A DNA stretch of 63,505 bases, filler included, from Basidiobolus ranarum (lineage: Eukaryota): assembly GCA_040143965.1 (NCBI GenBank). It is 51 parts of 51 records of this genome, joined end to end, with 100 filler letters (N's around TTAATTAATTAA, not from the genome) between each part and the next. Parts side by side here need not be neighbours in the genome. Positions count along the whole stretch, not along the records: positions 10,030 to 11,181 come from JASJQH010013095.1; positions 11,282 to 12,433 come from JASJQH010013096.1; positions 12,534 to 13,685 come from JASJQH010013097.1; positions 13,786 to 14,936 come from JASJQH010013098.1; positions 15,037 to 16,187 come from JASJQH010013099.1; positions 16,288 to 17,438 come from JASJQH010013100.1; positions 17,539 to 18,689 come from JASJQH010013101.1; positions 18,790 to 19,940 come from JASJQH010013102.1; 43 more parts are not named here. The stretch is one strand, 5' to 3'. Below are positions 10,030 through 21,989 of this stretch, piece by piece. Below the pieces are notes generated by a model that was not told where the DNA came from, did not search any database, and saw only the letters and a list, made by a program, of their open reading frames with translations. Every line of letters begins with the position of its first letter. Within the stretch, counting starts at the first letter, position 1. The translations under genes and the position numbers were made by a program.

Positions 10030-11167
10030 TTCAAGTATCTGAAAATCCACTTAACTGCTGCATAATGTTCAGATCCTGGATTTTGCACATGTTGGCTGAC
10101 TACTCCCACTGCAAAAGAGATATCTGGCCGGGTTCCAGTCATAGCATAGATCAAACTACCTACCATAGATTGATAAGGGAACTCAGGGCTTTCAAATGAC
10201 ATATTTTGAGCCATATTTGGCCAATTTTCATCATTTGTGATGGGATTTTTGACTAGTTTCACACCAGGATGCATGGGAGTTGCTACTGGCTTACAATTAT
10301 CCATGTTGTAATATATGAGAATGTCTGAGATGTATTTAGATTGATTCAGAGTAATAGATTTGCTCAATATATCTGTATGGATCTGCAAACCTAAAAAATA
10401 CATAAGTTCACCTAAATCAGTCATCTTGATTTGGACTGATAGATCTCTTTTGGTGTTCCTGAGAGCTTCATCATTATTGGTAGCTATAATCAGATCATCT
10501 GAATATAAGGCAAGTATCACCTTACTGTCCTTATCTGTCTTAAAGTAGATCCCAAAGTTCACTGTACTCTGTTGGAAATCAAGTGATTCCAAGTAGGTGT
10601 CTATCTTAGTGTACCAGGCCATGGGTGATTGTTTAAGTCCATAAAGTGACTTTTGAAGCTTACATAAATCCTCACGGTGCTCAGGATCCACAAAACCATC
10701 TGGTTGATCTTTGAATATATCCTCTTCCAAGACCTCATTCAAAAAGTAGTTTTAACATCCATTTGATGGATTTTTAAGCTGTGTTTTGCTGCTACTACTA
10801 GTAAGGTTCTGATGGAATTAAACTTTGCTACATGAGCAAATGTTTTGTTGTAGTCCACTCCTTCCATTTGAGAATATCCTTTAGCCACAAGTCTGGCTTT
10901 ATATCTCTCTACAGATCCATCAGCTTGCTGCTTAACTTTAAACACCCATTTGCATCCAATTGATTTTTGGTCATCAGGTAACTTAACCAAAGTCCAAGTT
11001 TGGTTATCTATGAGTGACTGATACTCCTCTGCCATTGCAGCACTCCAAAACTTTGTGTTGGGACTCTCCATAGCCTCCTGTACTGATTTGGGCTCATCAG
11101 AAAAGGCTAAATTAGCACTAGGCTCCTTTTGGCTAGTGTGAGAGTAGTAATCAGGCAGAGATCTCAT
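10030..11167 (-). mobile_element. Ty1/Copia reverse transcriptase, frameshifted
   Basis: CKWVFKVK, RYKARLVAKGYSQ, QMDVKT, KSLYGLKQSP, LALYSDD (YVDD), TRPDIS. Confidence 0.95.
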
Positions 11168-11592
11168 CCAATTAGATCTGCNNNNNNNNNNNNNNNNNNN
11201 NNNNNNNNNNNNNNNNNNNNNNNNNTTAATTAATTAANNNNNNNNNNNNNNNNNNNNNNNNNNNNNNNNNNNNNNNNNNNNAGGATCTTGACATAATTGG
11301 GGTAGACTTCAAGTATTGGAAGCACCTTATGATAGTGTGTTTTAGTTAGTTTATTCTTAAGAGTATATGGTGACTTATATAGTAGAAAAGTAAATTAATT
11401 GTTTGAGATATTCAGGAGTTTGTGTAATAAGATTTAATAGATAAGTGGGGGTAATAAAACATACTTGTTATATAGATATAGAGATATTCCTATTTAGAAT
11501 ATAATGGCTATAGATACTTTGCTTTCTGTTTCTGAAATATGTATCATAACTGAAGTTAACTGTGATGTTGAATCAACATTAATTATCCAACA

Positions 11593-12423
11593 GCTCTTTA
11601 GGACTGTAACTATGATATCTTGATCAGTAGTGGGTACTCCAATACATTCCATTTTGTCCACTAAGATAGTGACTCTATTAATTAGTGATCTAAAGTCTTC
11701 TCCTGGCTTCATCTTTAAGTTAAAGAATTGTCTTCTTAGAAACATCTTATTGGAAGCAGAACCTGTTTGGTAGATATCTTCCAAGGCTTTCTATACCTTC
11801 TTGGTAGTCTTAGCTCCTGAACATTGAATTAGCAATTTGTCTTTTACATTAAGACAAATTGTGTGAAAGGAACTTAGTTCTTTTTTAACCTGGAGTAAAA
11901 CTTTGGTTTCAGAAAGTTTTGCATTGTTTTCTTCTCCTACAACAGTGTCCCAAAGTTCTTTTTCTTGCAGCAGCATTTTCATTTTAATTTTCCAAACTTG
12001 AAAATTGGTTTCATTCATTTTTTTTGAAGAGGGAAAAGTTCCATAAATTTGAGAAGTGGACATTACAGGGAGTGCAAGATCAGGGCTCATAACCTGTTAA
12101 AGTATCTGGGAACCTGTTGGAAGTGGTTTGGAGAATTAGAGGAGTTGGTGGTTTTCACTTATTGATTTATTGAGTAGAAAGTTGACATTTATAGTTTTGT
12201 CAAGATGTAAACATACTAACATCTAGAATGTGTTAATAAAGATCCTAGGAACATGTGTGCAAAGTTTGGGGCTTATAGCACAAGTTTGAAAAATCTATAT
12301 ATCTGAGAACTTCTAAGTAAATTCCAATTGAGAATAATGGATAATAGCTTAGTGAATTATGAGATAACCAAGTACTAAGCTATATATGACTATATAGGTG
12401 TTTAGGCAATGCTAATTTCAACA
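11593..12423 (-). mobile_element. Copia family A 5' LTR (12423-12095), PBS (12094-12083) and gag; gag interrupted at 11592 by another LTR-like insert (11282-11592)
   Basis: TGTTGAAATTAGC...TTTAACA + GGTTATGAGCCC; NFQVWKIKMKMLL..KELW gag motif; insert starts TGTTGG on the minus strand. Confidence 0.88.
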
Positions 12424-12533
12424 CTTACATCTTNNNNNNNNNNNNNNNNNNNNNNNNNNNNNNNNNNNNNNNNNNNNTTAATTAATTAANNNNNNNNNNN
12501 NNNNNNNNNNNNNNNNNNNNNNNNNNNNNNNNN

Positions 12534-12664
12534 TCCCAATGGAGCGCACCTGCGGTGAAATGATGCTCCGTGTGAAATCGTCAGTATTACCGTATGCTAA
12601 TCTGATTAACAATGTATCAGCAAAATCAGTGATGGATGTAATGCAATGGGTTAAGGAGACTCCA
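12534..12664 (+). mobile_element. CMC/CACTA transposase C-terminal fragment, CpG-intact copy
   Basis: PMERTCGEMMLRVKSSVLPYANLINNVSAKSVMDVMQWVKETP matches degenerate copies near 2520, 14330, 34210 and 48050. Confidence 0.9.
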
Positions 12665-12853
12665 GCAAGTGCCACACCCACATCTAGCCCAAATCCTGAT
12701 AATTGCAATGGAGTCGCGGCTTGGAATACTCACACTGCATATTTCGAGTCGCAAAAGGTTACCTACAAGGGCCACTTATGGAAGGCTCAATGGTGGACAC
12801 AGAGCCAGGCTCCCGACACTAGCAGTGCTTGGGTCGATATGGGGGCTTGTTAA
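12665..12853 (+). CDS. Pro/Thr/Ser linker + CBM5/12 (ChtBD3, ChiC-like) chitin-binding domain; C-terminus of a secreted enzyme
   Basis: CNGVAAW...AY....KVTYKGHLWKAQWWTQ...P.....WVDMGAC*; AATAAA follows near 12892. Confidence 0.9.
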   Translation, partial: ASATPTSSPNPDNCNGVAAWNTHTAYFESQKVTYKGHLWKAQWWTQSQAPDTSSAWVDMGAC

Positions 12854-13442
12854 CTTTGTCTGACGGTTTATTTGACCGCAAGATACCATTAAATAAAAAA
12901 GATTGAACTGGGTTTTATCAGTGAAACTATTAAAGGAATTAAAGAAGGTGTATTAGAAACCCCGTTTAAGATTAACCTTCGCAACTAAATGGATATTATC
13001 CAAATTTACGAACACGGCACAGTTATATTATCAACTCAATGTTAATACTGCTAATGTAGTGTTCAACGTATTCACGAAGGGCTTATTTTGTCAAGTATAA
13101 TCAACACTATATTATCTAATTATTCCTTCTATCATATGGTACGTAGATGAACAGTTACTACCTTTGGCTTAAATCTCGCCGATAGTAAATGGAGCAATAT
13201 CAATAGAGATTTTAGAAATGTTAAACTTGCTTACGCTGATCAGAAACTTTAGAATTAGCTCACGTTAATCTCCTAAGCGTGTGCCACATATCTTGTGCTT
13301 GTTTGTTGCACGAAAGTTACTCCATCTCCATTTGTAGTAGAGGGCCAGAGACATATACAAGACATTTCCAATTTACCCAAGCTAAGAGTGTAATAATACT
13401 ATATATATACCCTGACTATTTTTTACCGATTTTTCGATATGT

Positions 13443-13685
13443 GGACCTCCTGGTGGAATAGTCACTGGTCCTAAGCTCATGGTGGCTAATCTTCCTACCA
13501 TTCCTAAGATGGATATTGAGTAAGGTGATGGTTACAAGTTACTTGAGAAGAGAGACCAATCAATACAGTAGGGGCTACTAATGACGGCGGTCATTCTGAT
13601 CCAAAGCCCACTTCTACCACGATGCCTTATTCAACAACTACCGCAAAACCAACTTCAATAACCACTGACAAACCCCTTTCAACAA
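13443..13685 (+). pseudogene. AA11-LPMO-like catalytic-domain end plus Ser/Thr/Pro linker, disrupted
   Basis: GPPGGIVTGPKLMVANLPTIP..., in-frame stop and frameshift, then DPKPTSTTMPYSTTTAKPTSITT. Confidence 0.5.
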
Positions 13686-13785
13686 NNNNNNNNNNNNNNN
13701 NNNNNNNNNNNNNNNNNNNNNNNNNNNNNTTAATTAATTAANNNNNNNNNNNNNNNNNNNNNNNNNNNNNNNNNNNNNNNNNNNN

Positions 13786-14936
13786 AACTAGATCTACAGT
13801 TCCTCTCAAATACCTGAATATTCGTTTTACTGCAGTTTTGTGCTCAGATCCTGGATTTTTGAGGTATTGACTGACAATAAAGTTTTTCAAATCCAATTAC
13901 AAAAGCTGCCAGACATCTGAAATTTTGATTAGTACTGACACTTTGCAAATAGCTGACTCTTGTTACCATTTACAACAAGAATAAGCTCTTGGATTTTGGC
14001 AAATTTCCATAAAGAATTTAACCAATATTTCCCCAACTTGCAGTCAACCAATGTCCTGCCACAAGTAGATGTGTCATTGCTTGAATAGATTCCCCATGGC
14101 TAAAACAATAAAACTGCATATCTCAATCTATATCACCAAGAAGTCTGTATTGCAGCTTTACTAGAAATTCTGTCAGATAATTACAGAAGCAAATTAGCCC
14201 AAATTGTAGAGATACTTACTCTGTCTCCATGAATTGGGCTTTGTTAGTGTTATTGTGCTCAAACAATGCAAAAACCCATGAGCACATTGAAAGAGTTATT
14301 TGTTGGAAGGTTAATATACTCTGTAGTCTCCTTAACCCATTGCATTACATCCATCACTGATTTAGCTGATAATTTGTTAATCAGATCAGAATACAGTAGT
14401 ACTGACAATTTCACATGGAGCATCAGTTCATCACAGGTATGCTCCATTGGGAGCTCCCAGAGTGTATAGCAAGGGCCTATAATCTCTAGGCATTGTGAAA
14501 GATGCAGCAGGGAATGTATTGAATACCAGCATAGATTCAGCCTATCTTCTTTAAACCTGCAATAAAGTTTTTCATATCGAATTACAAAATATTTGCACAG
14601 TTGCTGCATCTACCTGAGATCTCCTAATGTGAATTGATGCTGCAAGAATATACTAACAATAACCACAAACAACTCCCAATTTTGCCAATACTTATCAGGC
14701 AGAAATCTTTTCAAGATTCTACTTGAATAGATACAAATCCAATACTTCCAGTCTTTTCATTTGAATAAGTGCATAGATGAGTGGATATTGATGGGAGTCC
14801 AGGTAAAATATGATGATATCTTGATGTTCCCAAGCAATTACCCAATTGATTCATATTCTGATCCTATTTCAAATGGCTCATTGATATAGAATTTTCCACT
14901 ATATAGCAGAGCAAGTAGTATTGGAATGTTGTTGAA
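13786..14936 (-). mobile_element. CMC/CACTA transposase C-terminal half, degenerate
   Basis: YSIHSLLHL..C.EIIGPCY.LWE.PME.TC motif. Confidence 0.85.
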
Positions 14937-15036
14937 NNNNNNNNNNNNNNNNNNNNNNNNNNNNNNNNNNNNNNNNNNNNTTAATTAATTAANNNNNNNN
15001 NNNNNNNNNNNNNNNNNNNNNNNNNNNNNNNNNNNN

Positions 15037-16187
15037 CCTCTTCTTCAGGCTGATATTCTGCTCAGCTTGATAAGGCATCAGGTTTTCCTTGCGGCTACCT
15101 GGTCAATATGTAATCACAAAATCAAATCTGGCAAGAAATAATGACCATCGTGCTTGATGGTAGTTGAAAACTTTGGTTGTATTAAATTACTGAAGATTTT
15201 TATGATCCCAATAGACTGTGATTGTGTGATTTGATCCATCCAAGTATTGTTGCCATTGCTCTAATGCAGCAATAGTTACTAATAGTTCCTTGTCTTAGAT
15301 GGCATTGTTGATTTCTGAGGCAGAGAACTTTCTTCAGTAAAAGGCAACAGGGTGTAGTAAATTGTTGTCATCAAACTGTGATAGTACTGCTCCTAGAGCA
15401 AAGTTAGATGCATCAGGGAATGTTCCCAAGAGTATCACCTCTATATAAGCTGATCTGGATGAACTAACACAAGATTACCAAGAAGCAAAGGCATAGCAGA
15501 TAAGTTGTCATAATCTAATAATAGAAGAGTTCTATTTGCAGTGGATAAGTATGCTGAGATCAGAATCATGACAGATTGATTCAGATCTGCCTAGGACCTA
15601 TTGGGCTGAAGCCATTTTAACAGCTACATATCTCCAAAATAGAAGTTCAATGCATAGCAACCATGCCTCTAAATTCCTATTGATAAATAGACTGGAAACA
15701 AGCCTAATCTAAATCATTTCAGAATATTTGAATCAGTACCCTAACAGAAATTTGAGGATTGTTTTTGTAGGAAAACCATCACAATTTTAATCCATTTGGG
15801 ATTGACCGTTTATTTACCATCATAAAATCATCAAGTTAGATTTGCTTTTAATCAATTTTTTCAGTTTCAGGAGTGAAATTTCAAGATCTTGCAAAATAGT
15901 TGCAAATGATTGGCTAAAATCTCACAGAACTATGGATCAACACATGTGCAAAAAACATAACTCAAATTTTGCACAATTATCACTTGAATGCTAATTTGTC
16001 ACCTTCAAAATCCCTAGTCTCTTTGGTATATTCTCCTGAATATTTCTATAGAGTTCTTCATACCCAAGGTTTAGCTCTGTTGAAATTAGGTAAATAGCAA
16101 CTCATTATTTAGTAGTTAGTTTATTCATATTCTGATTATTTAGTACTCAATTCTGTCATTCAAAAACATGTGTTTATTGCTCTAATT
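15037..16187. mobile_element. Nested debris: Gypsy RNase H (-), LTR D piece, Copia integrase piece (+), CMC left end from 15739, LTR B start near 16078
   Basis: DASNFALGAVLSQ; LPRTYWAEAILTATYLQNR; CCCTAACAGAAATTTGAGG; TGTTGAAATTAGGTAAATAG. Confidence 0.8.
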
Positions 16188-16499
16188 NNNNNNNNNNNNN
16201 NNNNNNNNNNNNNNNNNNNNNNNNNNNNNNNTTAATTAATTAANNNNNNNNNNNNNNNNNNNNNNNNNNNNNNNNNNNNNNNNNNNNCAGAAAGCTGGAC
16301 ATTGCATTGTGGTTTATCAGTCCTTAGACATTTCTAGAGGCTTGATTCCCTTTCACAAAGACCCAAGAGGCAAGAGACAGACCCATATTACAGTACATTC
16401 CAGAGTTATTCAACCATGGTTATTGCACCCTTTGGACACCTCACAAAACCCTTAGGATATTGCAGTTATAGTTGCTGCTTACACCCTAAAACAACTACC

Positions 16500-17438
16500 G
16501 CACCCTGTTGCCTTTTGCTCAAGAAAGTCCTCTGCCACAGAAATCAACTATACATCTACCGCAAGGAACTATGAGCAATTATTGCTCTGTTTGAACAATG
16601 GCAACAATACTTGGATGGAGCAAGTCACAAAATCACAGTTGATTGTGATGACAAAAATCTTCAGTATTTTAGTACAACCAAAGTTCTCAACCATCATTAA
16701 CCTAGATGGTCATTATTTCTTGACAGTTTTGATTTGTATGATTACATATATGACCTGGTAGCCAGCAAGGAAAGCCTGATGCCATATCACTTAGAGCAGA
16801 ATATCAGCCTAAAGAAGGGGATGAGGCCTTTGGCCAACAAAATACTTCCTGACTGAAGCCCCACCAACTTCAAATTAGTGCAACTGCCCTTTCTCTTCCT
16901 ATTTCAAGCACATTTCATGAAGCCATCCACAAACTTCAATTAGAAGACCCATTGGTAATTTCAATCAAGAAAGCCCAGGAAACACCCAAATACCTCTCAA
17001 GCTTGAACCTGTATGGCCATTACTCTATCATCAATGATGTCTTGTTTTATAAGAAGCACCTTTACATTCCATACCACACTTCCAGACTCAAAATCATGCA
17101 GGAAAGACATGACTCACCACTAGCAAGACATTTTGGTGCTGTCAAATCATATATGTTGGCATCCAGGGATTATTGGTGGCCCAAAATGTTTGCATTTGTC
17201 AAGATTTATGTTTCCACTGGTAATACTTGTACTCAAGTGAAGACTCCAAGACATTGGCCCTATGGCCTCCCACAGCCACTTGCAATTCCTGATCAGTAGT
17301 GGATATTTATATCCCTAGACTTCATAACTGATCCACTCTTGTCTGCCAAATATCATTCAATTCTGGTAATTGTTGACCATTTGACAAAGATGGCCCACTT
17401 TGTGCCCTGCAACAAGTCAATTGATGCAAAACAAACAG
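16500..17438 (+). mobile_element. Ty3/Gypsy RNase H - integrase zinc finger/core, degenerate
   Basis: HPVAF..., KPDA, HDSPLARHFG, RDYWWPKM, ISLDFITD, VDHLTKMAHF. Confidence 0.9.
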
Positions 17439-17699
17439 NNNNNNNNNNNNNNNNNNNNNNNNNNNNNNNNNNNNNNNNNNNNTTAATTAATTAANNNNNN
17501 NNNNNNNNNNNNNNNNNNNNNNNNNNNNNNNNNNNNNNAGCTATCTCGTATCTGGATCAATTGATCATACCCACACATATCGTCAACAAACCAATGTCTT
17601 TAAAATAACCTACATGCTTCCTTCTCTTCCTCTTTTTCTTTTTTTCCACTTTATCTCACATACATAATATTTTATACTACACTAAGTCAGAAGAAGAAA

Positions 17700-18568
17700 C
17701 GTTAGAGGTAAATAAATAACATACATGAGCAGTCACACTCTTTTGTTCTTGTATATCTTTTGCTTTTACAAGATGCTGACAAAAGATTTTTTCGTGAAGT
17801 CTTTTTGTCTCTTATTGACAAACGGGTCAGAGATGGAAGTATAGTATGACCGGTAAATCCCGGCCTTCAGCCAAAGTGCGTCAGGCGAGAGAGAAAATAA
17901 ACGTTTATAAAGAAGAATATTGTCAACTTGCTTCCTATACACCTATTAAATTAGCGAATGCTCGACCAATAGCAATTTACGTTATACCGCCTACATTAAT
18001 AATGTAGCTCTTCACTTTGGAAATCGTCTCAGAATGTTTCTAAACAAGGTTTTACGAAAGAAAGAAAAGATCGAGAAGCTGACTCAAGATACGAAAAATA
18101 ACAGCTACTCAGAAGAGGAAATAAAAACTTCCGTCAAAGCCAGTATACTTGATGTCTGCGATAAGATTAGAGTAAAAATTTCTTCAAGAACTGTACCAAC
18201 TGCTCCAGCAAATTTCTTGGATGGCTGTGCATCAAATTCAAAACTTTTCGGACATTTACCCAGACAGTTACAAGTTGGCAAAGGGCTCTGTTTACTACGA
18301 CGCCAAAGCAAACCCGCAGCAGGATTTACGCGTATTTTATATGCTCACAAAAATATGTGAAGAGAATAATATGAAATCGTTTAACTGCTTCCCACTGCGA
18401 AAAGGCTTTATCCCTTCTTATATGACAATAGATACCAAGACCTTGAAATATCATATATTGAAAAACAAGAATTTCACTGGTAACAAGGTCGATATTTGAG
18501 GTAGTATCATTAAGCTAAACTGTAAAGCTCCTAAAAGTCAAAATGCCAAGACAATGAAGTTTGAGGGT
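17700..18568 (+). pseudogene. Fanzor1 (eukaryotic TnpB-related nuclease) N-terminal/REC-WED region, pseudogenised; RuvC absent
   Basis: Ordered motifs across frameshifts: FFREVFLSL; YCQLASYTPIKLANA; AYINNVALHFGNRLRMFLN; SVYYDAKANP; SFNCFPLRKGFIPSYMTIDTK; DI*GSIIKLN; MKFEG, resembling zygomycete Fanzor1 proteins just before the TDG motif. Confidence 0.72.
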
Positions 18569-18789
18569 GTTGGCTTTGCTGATGTTGATCTTGCTACTGC
18601 TCTTTCCCAAGCTAAGCGTAATTTCAAACTATCTGTTGATTTCGTTAGTGCTGTCCTTCAAGATAAACATACTTTTTCAAGACTTAATANNNNNNNNNNN
18701 NNNNNNNNNNNNNNNNNNNNNNNNNNNNNNNNNTTAATTAATTAANNNNNNNNNNNNNNNNNNNNNNNNNNNNNNNNNNNNNNNNNNNN

Positions 18790-18894
18790 TTCTACTCCCT
18801 TATAGTTTGGATCATAGGAGCGCTCAAACACACTAGCATTGATGGCTAGAGCAGTGGAGAGGACAATTAGTAATTGAGCTGTGATGTATTTCAT
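18790..18894 (-). CDS. Secreted Gly-rich repeat protein, N-terminus (paralog 3)
   Basis: MKYITAQLLIVLSTALAINASVFERSYDPNYKGVE; TATAAATA about 40 nt upstream; not in the ORF track. Confidence 0.85.
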
Positions 18895-19535
18895 TATGGA
18901 GATAGTTGGTTTAGTTGGTAGAGATGGTTTTCCTATTTATAGTTATTTGTTCAATGGCAATTGTACATATCAACTATTCTGATCGCGGTTAACCATGAAA
19001 CATGGTATTTTACATTGATCGAAGTATATATTGGTGTGAGTGTAACACCACTGGAAGTGATGATAGCCCCTGTGCGCATGACATATTCGATTGATAAGCA
19101 ATGAACTTCTCCTACAGAGTCAGTACAGAATTGGATCTATCCAATTTTTGGTTGAGAAAGCGCATCTGCTATTTGCTTTGGTAACTCCTGTCGTTACTTG
19201 TGTAAGTTGATTCAGCAATAGAATATGTTATATGCTTAATGTCAATTCATATAAAATATATGCTCAATGGTGAAGGCTCAAAGAGAGAAAGTAACGGTAA
19301 GATTGTTAAGTAAATGTAACATATGTATGAATAAAGCTTAAGCTTGAACTGAATCTGTCCATATTTATTGGAGTACGTCTATGTTCAAAACTCTAAGAAT
19401 AATGGCAAAATCATGGAAATCGACGAGAAGGCACAATATGTGGCAAAATGGAGTTTATTCATCAAATTAATTCAGGGTATTATCATTTCTATTGAATGAA
19501 ACTATATCAGAACCTATAGTCTAAGAATCAGTTGC

Positions 19536-19940
19536 TTAATATTTCTTATAGTCATCATTTCCACCATGACCACCACCATGACCTCTGCCATATTTTTTAC
19601 CATTACCATCGTAATTATTATCATCATAACCATCGCCACCACCGCCGCCATATTTCTTTCCTTTTCCGCCTCCACGATGATAGTCATCACCGTCATATTC
19701 ATCATCATAATCACTGCCATCACCACCACCATATCTCTTGCCTCCTCCTCCTCCGTGCTTGTAATTACCTCCATCACCATTGCCATCGTATTCTTCATAA
19801 TCACAGTCATCACCACCACCACCGTATTTCTCGGTTCTTCCACCACCGTCACCACCATAGCTTACTCCCTTGTAACTAGGATCATATGAGCGTTCGAGCA
19901 CATTAGCACCGATAGCTAGAACAGCAGAAAGGACAATTAG
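19536..19940 (-). CDS. Secreted Gly/Asp/Tyr/Lys-rich repeat protein, nearly complete (paralog 4)
   Basis: LIVLSAVLAIGANVLERSYDPSYKG..., repeats of K[KR]YGGGG-D..DYD..YDG; ends DDYKKY*. Confidence 0.88.
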   Translation of the reverse strand, partial: LIVLSAVLAIGANVLERSYDPSYKGVSYGGDGGGRTEKYGGGGDDCDYEEYDGNGDGGNYKHGGGGGKRYGGGDGSDYDDEYDGDDYHRGGGKGKKYGGGGGDGYDDNNYDGNGKKYGRGHGGGHGGNDDYKKY

Positions 19941-20040
19941 NNNNNNNNNNNNNNNNNNNNNNNNNNNNNNNNNNNNNNNNNNNNTTAATTAATTAANNNN
20001 NNNNNNNNNNNNNNNNNNNNNNNNNNNNNNNNNNNNNNNN

Positions 20041-21191
20041 GCTCAGAAACATGGCATTGACTATGATGAAACATTTTCTCCCGTTTCTAAGTTTACCTCA
20101 ATCAGAGTAATCCTAGCCATTGCTACCCTCCAAGGAATGCTGATAGAACAAATGGATGTCAAGACAGCATTTCTTAATGGAGAAATTGATGATGATATAT
20201 ACATGGATCAACCAGAGAGATATATTGCAAAAGGAAAAGAACATCAAGTATGCAAACTATAGAGAAGTCTATATGGTCTGAAAGAGGCTCCTTATGAATG
20301 GAATACCAAAATCAATCAGATCTTCATGAAACATCTTTTCCATCATAGCAAAGCTGATCACTCCATATACTCTAAGACTATCAAAGCCACCAAAGTGATA
20401 ATTGCTCTCTGTGTTGATGATATCATAATAGTTAGTAATTGCTCAAATCTGATGAAAGAAACTAAGACCTGGCTATCTACCAAGTTTGAAATGCAAGATC
20501 TTGGATCACTAGCATATTGGCTTGAAATGCAGATACATCAAAATTTGACTGTTGGAACACTCTGTATTACACAAGAAAAATATATTGGAGATGTACTAAA
20601 CAGATTCAATATGTAGAATGTAAAAAAGCTTCAAATCCACTACATATGTGAAACTTACTAAGAATATGGAGCCCAAAACCTCTGAAGATATTGAAATCAT
20701 GAAACATATTCCTTACCAAAGTGCAGTTGGAAGTCTCATATATGCAACAACTGGTACTAGGCCTGATATTGTTACAGCAGTAAGCATAGTAAAAAAATAT
20801 ATGGAAAATCCTGCAATGCAACATTCAATAGCTGTGAAACAGATAATATGCTATCTGAAAGGAACAATACATCATGGAATTCAATTTAGTAAGCATTACA
20901 ACATGTAACTTATCTTGGAAGAATATGCTGATGCAGACTGGGCTGACAATACAGAAGACCGTACATCCAGAAATGGATATGTGTTTAAGCTAGCTGGTGG
21001 GCTAATAAGCTGGATTAGCAAGAAACAACAAACTGTGCATTATCAACTACAGAAGCAGAATATATGGCAAGCTCTATGGTTGTTCAAGAAGCTATATGGC
21101 TAAGGAGTCTTCTCAAGGAACTAGGATATGATCAAGTTAATCTTACCCCAATATATCAAGATGATATTAGTTGTATTCAGATCACCAAGAA
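20041..21191 (+). mobile_element. Ty1/Copia RT-RNase H, degenerate
   Basis: [36 protein letters not shown]. Confidence 0.93.
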
Positions 21192-21989
21192 NNNNNNNNN
21201 NNNNNNNNNNNNNNNNNNNNNNNNNNNNNNNNNNNTTAATTAATTAANNNNNNNNNNNNNNNNNNNNNNNNNNNNNNNNNNNNNNNNNNNNAACACTGAT
21301 AGTGTGAAATTGTCATATATCAAAAAAATCAATGATAGCTTACTAATACAAGCAATTTCACTACAATTAAAAGAAAAATGTCTGTCAACCAAAAGCTTGT
21401 GCAGGCTTATTGGCTCAATATGGCTCAATCCATTCACATTCTCACCCAATTAGAATCTTACATGATTGAATGAATAATTTACTGATCTAAAAAAGATGAA
21501 CAAGTGATTCTGATCATTACTATCATACTGCAGTTTGATCCACTGTTAAGTGCTATGATTTATCACTGGTGTGCCAAAACTACTGGTGCTTTGTAATGCA
21601 TGAGCCATTGGGCCCAATTGATATTTTGTTAATGAGGCACAAATGATTGGCCTAAAACATGTGAATATCTGGGTTAGTTGGTTAAGTTATGGTATAAAAT
21701 GTTTATTGTTACACATTCAGTAATTGGTAAGTTACAAACTAGGGGATGAACTTACTTTATCAGTTACCCAAAATCTTAATTTGGCAATGCTAAATGGGGT
21801 AATTTGGTACAGGCTGGCACAGTATCTCCAAAAAGAATCATTGTATCCATTGTGATGGGATAGTGCCATAATGTTCCTTATAGTGTCCAATTGACAGCCA
21901 TGGTAATTGACAGATCACACCCAATGGTGTGCTAGCAGGCTGGATCAAGCAACACAATGTGACCTGGTCTGATGGAACAAGTCTATAGT

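Noticed and set aside
18569-18689. Continuation of Fanzor into RuvC
   Set aside because: The peptide after MKFEG (VGFADVDLATALSQ...) lacks the TDG/DPG motifs and seems unrelated
19532-19879. His-rich 115-aa ORF suggesting a metal-binding protein (also 19514-19858 and 19566-19889)
   Set aside because: Antisense or shifted frames of GGT/GAT codon repeats; the signal peptide and TATA identify the minus-strand Gly-rich frame as the real one
17539-19940. Linkage of the Fanzor relic to the Gly-rich genes
   Set aside because: Separate contigs joined by an artificial spacer
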